A DNA stretch of 61,484 nucleotides, filler included, from Jimgerdemannia flammicorona (taxonomy: Eukaryota): the NCBI GenBank assembly GCA_003990765.1. It is 2 parts of 2 records of this genome, joined end to end, with 100 filler letters (N's around TTAATTAATTAA, not from the genome) between each part and the next. Parts side by side here need not be neighbours in the genome. Positions count along the whole stretch, not along the records: positions 30,812 to 61,484 come from RBNJ01000431.1; 1 more part is not named here. One strand, written 5' to 3'. The position numbers and the translations under genes are program-made. This document shows, piece by piece, positions 38,901-52,300 of the stretch. The notes below the pieces were generated by a model. That model saw only the letters and a list, made by a program, of their open reading frames with translations. It made no database searches and was not told the DNA's origin. The first letter of the stretch is position 1, and every line of letters starts with the position of its first letter.

Positions 38901-41900
38901 CCAGTACAATCACCATTATTACTAAGAAAGAAACCCACCAAGAGAAAGCTTTTCAGCTAGGAAGATGTCTACATCAAATGATCTTCCACTCTCCCCAAGA
39001 CTACTGCTATCAGTGTCACCTGTTGGACTAATAAGAAAGACAGAGACCCCAGAAACCAGAACCCCCAACTATCCTTGCACACTCTACCACCTTTCAAGAA
39101 GTCACCACAAGGTTACAAAGTCAATTTAGGGGACAAAGCTTCTTTACCTGAACAAAAATATACTCTTTGTCTACCCTTCCCCCAACCTATGATCAAGATG
39201 GGTACTGATTCCCAAGACAATAAGAGATAAATAGCTGGGAACATCATTTTCAGGCAATGGGATATTGCAACCATAGGAGACACCCTGACTGCCAAGACTG
39301 CAAACATCAGAAAATTCACCTCAGTCATGATGTTGCAGTGCACACTTTGAAGAAGAGAGATAACTGAAGCCAGATCCAAAAAAGCCAGATTTGAAAAAGC
39401 CAGACCAAGAAGCCCAGAAAAAGAATCCTCAAGATCTATGATCTGGGAGAAGACATCCTAGCTCTCATCAGACATGCAACTCACCAAGGATGGGCAGAAG
39501 ATGCCACCAACTTCATGGAAGCCCTTGACCCTACAGGAAGGAGGAGAATCAATTATCTCCGAGACCCCTCTACTGGAGCCAGATGGCCACACCTCAACCT
39601 TAGAGCTTGGAGGCTTTCTGCTAGTGGAGCTTCAGCCTTAGGAAAGCCTGAACTCAGCAAGGACATTGCCCAGTATGCCCTGCTGCACCCCAAGGCCAAA
39701 CCCCCGACCAAAGCCCACCCAGAGGATATAGGATATGATCTTCACAGTCTGGAGGATGAATCTATCAAGCCTGGAAAAACCTTCATGGTCAGAACTGGAT
39801 TAGCCATGCAGCCACCCCAAGGAGCTTATATTCAACTGACCTCAAGGTCCAAACTTGCCAGACAAGGGATAACTGTAGAAGGAGGAACTATTGACCCTGA
39901 ATATACAGGCAAAATCAAGATTATCCTACACAACAGCAGTGCAGAATAGCACCGAATCATTAGAGAACAGAAGATTGCCCAAGCAGTCTTCATGAAGGTC
40001 AAGACCCTACAGTTACAGAAAGTCTCTGAACTAACTGAAGGAACAAAACAAGCCAAGAGATTTGGAAGTTCAGACAGGAAGGAGGTACATCTCCTTCAAG
40101 TCAACCACCTTAAGAGGAATGTTCCCCAGCAAGTATACCAGCAACCAGTCAGACTACATAAGAATCTCATCCTGGAGCCTGGAGAACAAACTACCTTCGC
40201 AATCTTTACACCACCTGATTTCAGGAACCTTTTCTTTGAACCCAAGGAAGATATCCCATACCTGGACATAGAGGGACATACATTCTCTGATAAGATGAAT
40301 CCAGTACACTCCCAAGCAACCAACCAAAGTTGGGAGACCATCATCTTGCTGAAAGGAACCATCATAGGACATCTGGTGCCTTTCTCAACCATACTCATAG
40401 GGAAGTTTATGAACTAAACCTATTGGGAAATGGCAAAAGATCCCAGAAGAAAGGAAAGGCCTCTCTGTGACCCAGGAGACAGTGAAGCCTTCCACCAACA
40501 TTAGAGAAGAATTGACACCTCAACAACAGCAACAATTAGTAGAACTTCTCAACAAATATCAAGATATCTTCACCACTGACTATAGCAACCTGCCATACAA
40601 CTCATCATATCACCACAGCATAAATACAGGAAGTGCAACACCTATCTGGCAGAAACCCTATAGAATACCCCATTACTTGAAAACATTCAAAAAAGAGCAC
40701 ATTCAAGAACTCTTAGACAATAGAATCATCCGACCCTCCACTAGTCCCTGGGCCAGCCCTATACTTATTGTACCAAAGAAAGGAGGAAGGAGACTCTGTG
40801 TAGATTACAGGAAACTCAATTCAGTCACTGAGAAGGATGCTTATTTTGTCCAGAATCAATGACCTTTTGGATCAGTTACAGGATACCAGATACTTCAGTA
40901 GTATGCACCTCTTTGCAGGATTCCATGAGATCCCCATGGACCCCAAGGACATTCAAAAGACAGCCTTTCTTGCTCTAGGAAAACTGTTTGAATACCTCTG
41001 AATGCCCTTCGGACTCTGCAATGTACCCCACCACCTTTCAGAGGATTATGAATTCAGTCTATGCCCCCTTGATCTACCACTGCCTGATTGTATACATAGA
41101 TGATTCCAACATCTATTCAGCAAATTTTAAAGAACACCTGCACCACCTAGAGGAATTCTTCAAGCTCACCCACAAGAATCACTTGAGATTAAATGCAAAG
41201 AAATGCTATTTTGGGAAACAGAAACTTAAATTCCTGAGATTCATGGTTTCAAAAGAAGGAACTCACATAGACCTAAAGAAAACTGAGAAGATCAACAATT
41301 GGCCAGTACCTAAGACTCCAAAAGAAACACTATCATTCCTGATGCTAGTATCCTACTACAGAAGATTCATCAAGGATTTTGCCCAAATCACTGCCCTAAT
41401 TCGAATCCTTCTCAAGAAAGAAATACCATTCAAATGGACAGAACTACAGAAAAAAGCCTTCAGAGAACTCAAGAACTACATGACCACAGCACCAATCCTT
41501 ATGTGCCCCAATCTACAGAAGCTATTTATCTTGTATACAGATGCTTCCAAAAATAGCCTAAGAGCAGTTCTAGCCCAAGAAGGACCTGACCAACAGCACC
41601 ATATGATAGCTTATGTAAGCAGAACTACCAATCAGCAGCAGATGAACTATGGTAGCACCAAACTGGAATGCCTTGCAGTCATATGGGCAGTCACCCTGTT
41701 CAAGCATTACCTCATAGGAAAAAGGTTCACTCTGATCACAGACCATGCAGCCCTCAAATAGCTATTCAACCACAAGGAACCCACCAGAATCCTAGCCTGC
41801 TGGATCCTTATCCTTCAGGATTACAAAATCACCATTATCTACAAAGTAGGGAAAGCTCACAAAAATGTTGATGTACTTTCCTGCCAGCCCCAATGAACTA

Positions 41901-42960
41901 GAAGAAGGGTATCCCGAGGAACTATACTCTAAAGGAAGCTTCTCAGACCATCAAGACACAAGAAGATCTCATCCATAAAGAACATTAGAAAGCCCATCAA
42001 GGACAGACAAGTACAGAAGATAAGATTCGAAAACTGTATCAACACTGGCCTCACCTCAGAATTCAAGTCCAAGACATCATTCAGAAATATGACACTTGCC
42101 AGAAGTACCAAGGAAAGAATAATTATCAAGTCCCTCTGCAACTGATTCCCCCACCCACTCACATCTTTCAAAGATGGGGAGTAGATGTAATTGGACCTCT
42201 ACCAGTTATACTAAGAAGAAAAAAATATATTCTTATATTTATAGAACATCTGACCAAGTGGCCCAAGGCTTTCCCAATGGAAATTGCAGATGCCTTAACC
42301 ATTGTAGGCCTCCTCTATAGACTCACACTCAGATATGGACCCCCAGAAGAACTTATCTCTAACCAAGGCACAGAATTCATCAACAACATAATCATAAGTT
42401 ATGCCCAAATTCACAAGATCCACCTCAAAAGGACTACATCATACTACTCCCAGACCAATGGCATGACAGAGAGAATGAACCAGACCATCAAGAAAGGACT
42501 TGCCCAAGTCAATCCTACTAATTGGGACCTCTGCTTACCTGAGATCCTATGGGAAATTCAGAACACCCCTGCCACCTCCATTAAACAAAAGCCATTTGAA
42601 ATGATGTTTGTTAAGAGAACCAGAACTGCTGACCATGAGAATCTTGGAGACCTTCTCAAGAAGGCAGAACAGTTACGTAATTAAGCCCAAGGACAGATTA
42701 TCAAAGCTCAGGAAAGACAAAAGAAGTACTATAACCAAAAACAGAAGGATCAGGAGATCAAGATTGGAGATCAAGTCCTAGTTTGGAGAAGCATAATTGA
42801 AACAAACTTTGCCGCCAAACTAGAACCAAAATGGGAAGGACCTTATCTTGTACACAACATCAGAGGAACTAGTATCTATTTAAGAAACATGGATGGATGA
42901 ACTCTGAGAACACCAGTACATATCAATTACCTCAAACTATATTTCCCCTCTACACTATGA
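35990..42960 (+). pseudogene. Family B gag-pol (gag, CCHC, PR, Cys/His region, dUTPase, RT, RNase H, IN)
   Basis: [58 protein letters not shown], ends VHINYLKLYFPSTL*. Confidence 0.93.
39660..40075 (+). CDS. dUTPase domain in family B pol
   Basis: DIGYDL, SRSKLA, GGTIDPEYTGKI, KIAQAV, AKRFGSSD. Confidence 0.9.
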
Positions 42961-43472
42961 GCCAAAGGATTGATCAGCACCTCCAGACATTGGTCCTCAG
43001 CTCCTTCTAAGCTCTACCAGTCCCTCTACCTCAATTCAACCAAGCCAATAGAAGCCCCCTTCAAAGGATCCAAGCTCATCAAGAAAATCTCACCCTGGCC
43101 AGATGTCTACTACAAGTCCACTAACTGCAGGCCTATTATGCAATTGGTGAACAATTGCAGAACCTTCCAGCCCCAGAATAGACCTACATCAGGAACACCA
43201 CAGGTCTGACCAGAAGAGACACTACTGCTACAGACAGACTATACACTATTTACAAATGAAATGTCACAGCCCTGATACAGACACAATTCTCCCTGAATGA
43301 TATTCAAGGAATGAACCCTATTACCTATTTGAGCATCATCAACTCTGTCGAAATCCTATTCCCTGAAGAAGAAGAAGAGCCCATAGAATAGAGTGACCCC
43401 AGTACAGATAATGAAGATGATGGAATAGGTATAGATGCAGAAGCAGCCTATGCTTATTGAGATGATGACTGA
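42957..43472 (+). pseudogene. Extra 172-codon ORF between integrase and the 3' LTR of family B
   Basis: ATG overlaps the integrase TGA (ATGA). Single frame MSQRIDQHLQ...AYYAIGEQL...DRLYTIY...acidic tail, with only TAA/TAG/TGA stops revertible by one transition. Confidence 0.7.
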
Positions 43473-45511
43473 AGAATAGTCTGAGACAGACTACCCTTCA
43501 GTGGGGGCTGATGTGATAAACCAAAATATACTACCCAAATTATATCTTAACCAGATGACACAAACAATTAGGCAAGATGATGTGAACATACAGTATAGTA
43601 ACCAACAACCATTGCTGTAGAAAACTATATAAATAGTCAGATATACCAGAAAGGGTCTGTTTACCTATACAGACTCTGTATACCATACAGACTCTATATA
43701 CTGTACAGGTCCTGTACACCATACAAACTCTGTACATCTGCCATAAGTAGCAGATCTATAGTTAGTCACATAGTAATCAGATAGCAACCACAATATATAA
43801 ATTACCCCAGAGATAAGAGTGAATAAACCTCAGTCCAAAATTGAATCCAAAAGCAAAAGACAAGTCTGCCTACCATACTTCGAGAGGAACTCTACAGCTA
43901 CTGTTAGGAGATTGTGAGCATTGGTCCCCTTTTCCCACTCCAGTCTACTTTCTGATATAAAGAACAAGTTTGTTTTTAGTTCACTTGCCAGATAAGTCTG
44001 AAGATTTGCCACCTAAGTTCAAGGAGAACTTTGCTGCCTTTTGAGTAACCCACCACTTAAGAAATAAGCTGCTGTTTCCAAGTTATTCTCTACCTTCCCA
44101 AGAAAGCTGCCTTGCTTAAGTCAGTTTCTGATGCAACTTCACAGTAGAGCTAGTCTATGATGTAACTCTGTACAAATAAAGTCAGTCTTTGACATAACTT
44201 TACCAAGAGACCCTTTCCCAAAGAATACTACCAGTTGTTCGTATTCCCAGAAGAGCCCGATCTGGAAGAACCCATGCCATCCGAGTTAATTCTCAGTTAA
44301 AGCTGCCGTTTTCGAGAAGCTTGCCAATTCAGGAGAATCCATGTCATCTGCCATTTTCAAGTTATCTGTATTCCCAGAAGACCTGTACCATCCAAGTAGT
44401 ATTCCCAGTTGAAGCTGAACCTGCAACATCTGAGTTATTTATTGTTCCTAATGAACCTATTATAGAAGAATCTATGCCATACAATTTCCAGTGAGCCAAA
44501 TCAAGTTATCTGCCAAATTATCAGAATGTCTGCATAAGGAACTTGCTATGCTATACAGAGATCATTACACAGAGATTATTATGCTACACAGAGATCATCA
44601 TACCAAGACCATCACTCAGAAATCATACACTTTTGGAAACCACTTGCACTATATATAAATTCTGCTATTCCCAGTTGACCCAAGAAGGAAACTCATTCAC
44701 ATATACACAAATCGCTGCTACACTCAGAGAACTGTCCCAATTAGGAAATCAATATACAAATCGCTCGCAGATATCCAGTTTTGACTATTATACTACTAAA
44801 CACCAAGGACCTCAGGAATCTTAGAATATTTTATTGCTTTTTGACAAAGTAACTGTGGGCTCAAGTCAAACTACATTAACCCCTAACCTTGTAATTTGCC
44901 TCCATTGAGCTGGCACATTACAATATATAATTAGATTATTTTATATATAAATATAAATAATTAAACAAATATATTAAATAAAACCAATCTTTTAATAGTA
45001 TTAATGAAAGATTAATATAAATACAAAAGCTAATCTTTAGTTTTGAAGATCTTGAGCTATATATAAGTAGAATAATATTAATATTATTGAATTCAGATAG
45101 TTCAAAGAGTGCTATCAAAAACTATTAATAGAATAAAATATATATTAAAAATAAATCAAAATCAAAATAAATAATAATAATAATAATATATCTTATATCT
45201 TATATAATAAGAGATCAGATATCTCTATTTATATTATATTCAAACCAAAGATCACCTTTTTCATCAGTATGAGTCTTTATAATCAACTACTTTTGAGATC
45301 CTAAATATTATTTAAAAATAATTAAATAAAAATATATTAATAACTTTAAATATTTAATATAAAATAAATAAATAATATATTATTTATAATATTTATTACT
45401 TACTTGTTATTAATATTCTTAACACATTTCAGAAGAGAATCTCCATCTTGAAATATATGTAGAATAATTGTAACCTGATCATATTTATATTCTGTAAATA
45501 CTATATGTATA

Positions 45512-46351
45512 TGTAATAGTTCTAGTTTCTTTAAGAGAAAGTAGCTAAATCTAAAATTTCTAGTTGGCCTAAAGTAGTTTGAAGAGATACTTAAAGGTTT
45601 AAGTATTCTTGAAGGATTTCTGAGAGAAAATATTCTGAGCTTTATTTAGGCAGAGAATAAGAATATTTATATATAATATGAAAGGAAGATCTGAAAGGAT
45701 CTTAGAAAGAAAGAGAAATGCCAAGAAATAAGTTCTCGGCAAAGCTGACTAATACTATTCTACAATGTTCTGAAAGGTTTCATGACTAGCTTAGACAAGA
45801 TACTTGGTACTAAGAAAAGACAAAAATGTTCTAGTGATGTCTGGGCACCAAGAGAAGGTTTCTAAGTAAGTAGAAGATAGCAGAACATAGTAGAATGTTC
45901 AAGAAATGACAAGAAAAGACTAACTAAAAGATACAAAAATGTACTAAGACTAAATATGACTGTGAAATTGTTATATTCCTCTCTTCTTAAGAATCAATAT
46001 CCTCATTGAGTTCTTAGATAATACAAGACTAGATATATTTAACCAAAATTTCTCAAACTTATATTGGTATATTGATGGGGATTAACCATCCTCATATAGG
46101 GTAGAGGACCTATTACTAGACTAACTAACTGAGAGAGTTTTGAACCCAGCTAGTAGCTTCATTTCAGTAGACTTCTTGTTCATTAAATGTTCTGCTGGTT
46201 CTGGGGTCTCAAAGTAAATTTCTGATACATAAGATACTGATCATTGCCATAGATTGTCAATAATCCAAAAAAGTCACTACAGGGATTGGGCAATACATTT
46301 TGTCTTGAAGTCTTGAACTAGATCTTGAGAGTTCTTGAAATTGACCAGTGG
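45512..46351 (-). mobile_element. Family C chromovirus, 3' end of an older copy (LTR 45512-45975 plus ~375 bp internal)
   Basis: Homologous to 46352-47192; breaks within the chromodomain at ...TTGACCAGTGG. Confidence 0.88.
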
Positions 46352-49300
46352 TGTAATAGTTCTAGTTTTTTTTAAGAAAAAGTGGCTAAATCTGGAAGTT
46401 CTAGTTGGCCTAAAGTAGCTCAAAGAGATATTTAAAGGTTCAAGTATTCTTAAAGAATTTCTGAGAGAAAATATTCTGAGCTTTATTCAGGCAGAGAATA
46501 AGGATATTTATACATGATCTGAAAGAAAGATCTGAAAGGATCTTGGAAAGAAAGAGAAATGCCAAGAAATAGGTTCTCAGCAAAGCTGACTAATACTATT
46601 CTACAATATTCTGAAAGGTTCTATAATTAGCTAAGACAAGATGCTTGGCACCAAGAAAAGACAAGAATGTTCTAGTAATGTCTGGACATTGAGAGAAGGT
46701 TTCTAAGCAAGTAGAAGGTGATAGAATATAGTAGAATATTCAAGAAATAATAAGAAAATACTAACTAAAAGATATGAAAATATACTAAGACTAAATATAA
46801 TTGTAAAATCATTACATTTATCCCTCCTTAAGAACCAATATCCTCATTGAGTCCTTAGATAACACAAGACTAGATATATTTAACTAAAATTTCTCAAACT
46901 TGAATCAGCACATTGGTAGAGATTGGCCATCCTTATATAGGGAAGAGGACCTATTACTAGACTAACCAACTGAGAGGGATTTGAACCCAGCTAGTAGCTT
47001 CATTTCAGTAGACTTCTTGTTTATTAAATATTCTGCTGGTTCTGGGATCCCAAAGTAAACTTTCAATACATAAGGCACTGGTCATTGCTGTAGGTTATTT
47101 ATAATCCAAAGAAGTCACTATAGGGATTGGGTAATGTATTTTGCCTCAAAGTCTTGAACTAGATCTTGAGAGTTCTTGAGGTTGACCAGTGGTTCTCAGG
47201 TAGCATCATATTCAGAATAACCCATCTACTTGACTAAGTATTCAGGACAGTGGTAGCAGATTTGTTTGTCAAGGATTTTCTCAGCTTTATACTTAATATA
47301 GTCTTCAATAATCACAGTGGCAGAAGGCTTAGGAATTCGACCAGAGTAGGGTGGTGACTGATTCCAGGTCTTGAGGTGTGATACATGAAAGACTAGGTGT
47401 ACTCTCATGGTTTCAGGTAGCTTGAGATGGTAGGAGGATGCAGAGACTTATTCAGTAATCTTGAAAGGTCCAATATACTTGAGTTGGAACTTGTTCAAAG
47501 AGTGGTTGACTTGAGATTATATCTTGAGATTCTCAGTGGACAATAGGACTTGATCTCCAATAGTGTAAGTAATATTATAGCATTTCTTGTCAGTATACTT
47601 GGCTTGATGCTGTTAAGCCTTCTGAAGATTCATGGTAGCAATTTTGAATAGTTTGTCCATTTTGTCTATAAGGTTATTGGTAGTTGGGACTTATATTTGA
47701 CTAGTTTTCTTAAAAGGAAATTGACTTGCAGGAGTCTTGGGATCTTGACCATAGAGTAACCAGAAAGGGGAAAGACCAGTAGATGATTGAATAGCATTAT
47801 TATATACAAACTCCACATAAGTCAGATAGATGTCCCAATCATCTTGCTTATAAGAAATATAGTTTTCTAAGCATTTGTTCTAGAGTTCTGTTCATGTGCT
47901 CGGTTTATCCATTAGTTTATAGGTGAAAGATAGTAGACATAGCCAATTGGGTTCCCAGAGTCTTGAAGAGAGTTTGCCAGAAGTAACTAGTGAACTTTGG
48001 GTCACAATTGCTGACAATTACTCATAGTAGACCATAGTGACAGAAGATAGACTTGAACACTCCATCTTTCTCTGGTACCACTCAGGTTACACAATCTTTG
48101 GAAGGCACTCATGACATCGTTTTTGGAGTAAAGTGACTAACAATATGACAACTGATAGGCAACCTGAGGTGCGTACTGGGTAGGGCAGCCCAAGTGCTTT
48201 CGATTGACAGCAAGTTGAGAGGGGCCCAGGCCTGGGGGGGAGTATAAGGGGACTGCTGGTGGGTGGATGAGGACAGGGTGGAGGTACTGGTGGAAGTCTA
48301 GGGTCTGGGAGGGTGAGCTTTGTAGAGACAGTAAAGGAGAGACAGCAGACATTGGGGCTGGAGGGCTGGCTGAGGAGGGGTAAGGAGAATGAGAAGGCAG
48401 TGGGGCGGGGGGGAGTAGCTCTTGGAAGAGAAGGCAGTGAAGCTGGGGGAGTAGTGGCTGGGGGGAGTGTGACTGCTGATGGTGATGGGACTGCTAATCT
48501 GGAAAAAAATCCAGATATGATGGTTGTTGGCAAGGCTGAGCAGCTGGGGCTTGGAAGACAAGGAGATTTAACAGATGGCATGATAGGCCTGGCAGTGGCC
48601 CCATTACTCAAGAAATCGATCTCAGCATTCGTGGTTACACTGTGCTTCCAGGGCTTAGCAGTGACAGCGAAAATGGTACTGGGGCTTATTGCTAAGCAGG
48701 TGGCAGGAGTGGCTTCAGTGAAATTTCTGAAGGGACTAGAGGATGTGGAGGTGGGTTTTGAGGAGGCTGAACTACTGGAGGAGGCACTGAAGGTTGGGTT
48801 GGTGGTTGGGGAGGTGTGTGTGCTGATGGCGAGGTGTTTGAAATGGGATCTGAGGGTGGTCCAACTGCTGGTGAAAGGAGTACCCATGGTGACAGCAATG
48901 GAGACGAGAAAGAGAGTGGAGGATGTCATGGTGGAGTATGGAGAGGTGGTAGATATCGGATTCAGGGTCTGGGAAGGGACCACGCTCAGGACTGGGGACG
49001 TGGATATGAGAATTCAGCTGGCTGGGAAAGAGGCTACTAGGAAGGCGAGAGATTGGCCTTCAGTGATAGTTTGGGGAGCAATCCTGTGCAAGGTGATGAG
49101 GGTGAAAGGAAGTGAAGAAGAGAAAGAGGATTTATTGGAAGCACTGGAGGAACTGGATGGGGCTGTGGAGCAGCGAGCTAAGGCCTGGAAGAATTTCGAG
49201 GAGTCGATGCACCTGGAGATAGTGGGTGGAAAGAGGATTCAAGTGGACAGGGTGTAGTGGGAAAGGGCTCAGGGGTGGAAGAGACAGAAGGATCTGCTGG

Positions 49301-52300
49301 CTAAACTGGGGGGTGGACCACAGAAGGATACAAACAAGAAGACAGGTGTGGAAGGGGCTGGAGCGAGCGTCTGGGCTGGTGAGAGAAGTGGGGATGGTGG
49401 GGTAGAGGCAGGGAAGGCAAAGGAGGTGAAGGTTAGTGACCCATATGCTGATGGCACCTCGGAGGTTTGGGATAAAGTCTGGGAGAACTCCCCCACTCCT
49501 TCTCCTCTTATCAGGCATGACCCAGCTTCCAGAAACAAGATTGGGGAGGACGTGACAATGCTGGAGACCCAGCAGGTGAAATTCAGCATTCCGGAGATAA
49601 TGAATGGGGATCGAGTAGTGGAGGCTGGGGAGGAGGAACTGGTGGATGTCCTGGAGGTGTGGGATGAGGATGCGAGTGCCGGGGCTGACACCATGATGCT
49701 GGATGGAGGGAGGCTGGCGACCCCTAGTGGGAAGGAGGTGGGGAACCTACTTTGGATGTGCTGGATGATAAATAACCTGGCGGTGGAAGAGTTGGGGGAG
49801 GTGGACTTGTGTGGAATGAGTGATGAGCACTGGATGAGAATTTTGCAGGGGGAAGGAGTGGCATTGGCGCTGAAGGTGGAAATTCTTGTGATGTATCTGG
49901 AGGAGGAAGAGTATGAGGTGGATAAGGAGCAGGAGGCAGAGATGGTGGTTATCGCTGGGGAGAGGGCTGAGTACTGTTGGAACAAGCATCATGGGTTGCA
50001 GCTCTGGCAGGAGGCTTGCATCGAGTACAGAGAGGAGTTTGAGGAGAAGGCTGATGAGGAGATGAATGAGCTGTTGGCTGGATTGGAGGCTCAGAGGGCT
50101 GAAGAGGAGGAGGTGATGGTAGAACATAATCTGGACATGGCATGAGAGGAGATGAGTATGGAGCAGTAGAGATCGAATGAGAACAAATAGTATTTCATTA
50201 TGAACAGTACAACCAACATTTTTTCTTTGAACATGAATGGGCTAAGGGGTGCAGTTAGACGTAGGAACATTTTTCTTTGACTGAAGGGATTGGAGGCCGG
50301 TCTCTTTCTCTTGCAGGATGTCAGGTGTGAGGATGATTCTGATAGGATGGAATGGACAAAGGAATGAGGTGGCACAGCGATTTGGAACAGTAAGGTCGGG
50401 ATTCTGGTTTGGAAAGGCAGAGGGGAGATACAGGATATGAGGAGCTGGGGGGAGAGACTGGTCTGAGGTGAGTGGATTCATGCAAGTTGGGAGCCAGTCA
50501 TAGTTGGCTCCTATTACTACCCTGCTGTATGGGGGGAGTGTGTGGATTGGGTGAAAGGGCTCCAGGAGAGTGGGATTCTTGCTAAGGCTGGGATAGATAT
50601 GCTTGGAGGAGACTTCAATATAGTTCAGGATATACAGTTGGATAGAACTGATAGAGGATGGGGTGCTGAGAGCAGGAGTGGGGGGCTGGTGATGTGGGAG
50701 GAAGTCAAAAGGCTTGGAGCACTGGTGGATACTGGTAGGGAGTACTGGGAGGACAGGAGGGTATATACATATTGGGCTGGGGGCCTGGGGACAAGGATTG
50801 ACTGGATTCTGATGGCCAACTGTTGGGGCCGCGATGTTTGGAAGGTGTTAGAGGTGGAATGGTGTCTGTGGTCAGATTACTGGGGCATTTTGGAACAGGG
50901 GTGTTTTGGGGGAAGTAGTGATTGGCCTGGACATTGGCACCTAAATTTCTCCTTGATGGATGATGAGTTCTGGTGGGAGGAGTAGGCGAAAGACATTTAG
51001 CTGAAGGTAGAGAACTGGTAGCAGGAAGGGGCCCCAATTGGGGTTTGGTGGGTGAGGATGAAAGAGATGGCCAGGATGTACTGGAGTGAGGCTGACAGAG
51101 AGGCTGGGAGGCAGCAGAGGCAGAGAGTGCATTGGGCTTCTACTAGATTGGCTAGGCTCCTGGAGGAATGGGCAAGTCTGGTAGTAGTGGCGAAAGAAGA
51201 AGATTGGAGAATATTGTGGGTAAAGATGGAGGTTGAGGAACTACAATAGGTGCTGCGGGAAGAGAAAGAGTCAAGGATGCAAGGCCTGGTGGCACGGCTT
51301 CGTTGGCAGGGGCTGGAGGAAGGAGAGAGGTCTTCCAAGTTTCTCACGAAGACACTTCGAGCAAGAAGGGTACAGCAGCAGTGGGAAGGGGTACTTGACT
51401 CGAATGGAGTACTAGTGCATGGTGTACAGGATATTCTTGGAATGCTGAAGGAGCAATGGAGTGGATTGTGGAGTGAGGAGGAGGGTGGGGCAGATGCTAC
51501 AGCCATTGACTGAATATTAGAAGATTGGTACCCACCAGAAGCAGAGGGACTAGATGACCTGGTGATGCCTGTAAAGGAGGATAAGATCTGCCAGGTTCTT
51601 GCCATGACAGCCTCGGGTACGGCACCTGGGGAGGATGGCCTACCCTGGGACTTCTGGAAGCAAATGGTTGGAGTCCCAGGCATATTGGGGAAGATGATAG
51701 CACTGTGTGATTTTATATTGCAGTCAGGGAGATGGGTGGGGGAGCAGGACCTTGGGCTGGTGATGCTGCTTTATAAGAACAAAGGAAGGCGAGAGGATTG
51801 GAAGAACTGGTGGTCAATAATATTGCTAGATATGGACCACAAGTTGGTAACTAAGGTGGTGATCGTGAGGCTACAGAAGGTAGCCCAGCAAATTGTTGGT
51901 GTTGAGCAGAGGGGCTTTGTAGGGGGTCGGCTGATTAGAGATGGCACAGCCTGGGTACATGGAGTTATTGAAGGTGCTAGAGCCTGTGGACTGGATGGGC
52001 ATCTTGTCTTCTTGGACCAGGAGAAGGCTTATGACCAAGTGCAGAGAGTCTGGCTGGCGAAAGTATTAGATAGAATTGGGGTTCCAGTTCTATTTCAGTC
52101 AGTGATGGTCAGCCTACTAGAAGGGAGTAGGGCTGCACTCTTGTGTAATGGGCATAGAGGGGTAATGTTCCCTCTGGATAGGGGAGTACCCCAGGGGGAC
52201 CCATTGTCTCCCATTTTGTATGCTCTTTCTTTGGAACCTCTAATGGATAGAATTCGGTAGAGGATAGTGGGGCTCTCTATCTATGGAGTTGGCTGGAAAG

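Larger units (their letters stand above)
34570..44922 (+). mobile_element. Ty3/gypsy family B, full length (LTRs 34570-35912 and 43512-44922)
   Basis: TG...CA LTR pair, PBS, PPT-like CAGTGGGGGCTGA, ATAT(AT) on both flanks. Confidence 0.95.

Noticed and set aside
34200..45511. Possible decayed DNA-transposase host sequence on both sides of element B
   Set aside because: Too degenerate to assign by eye.
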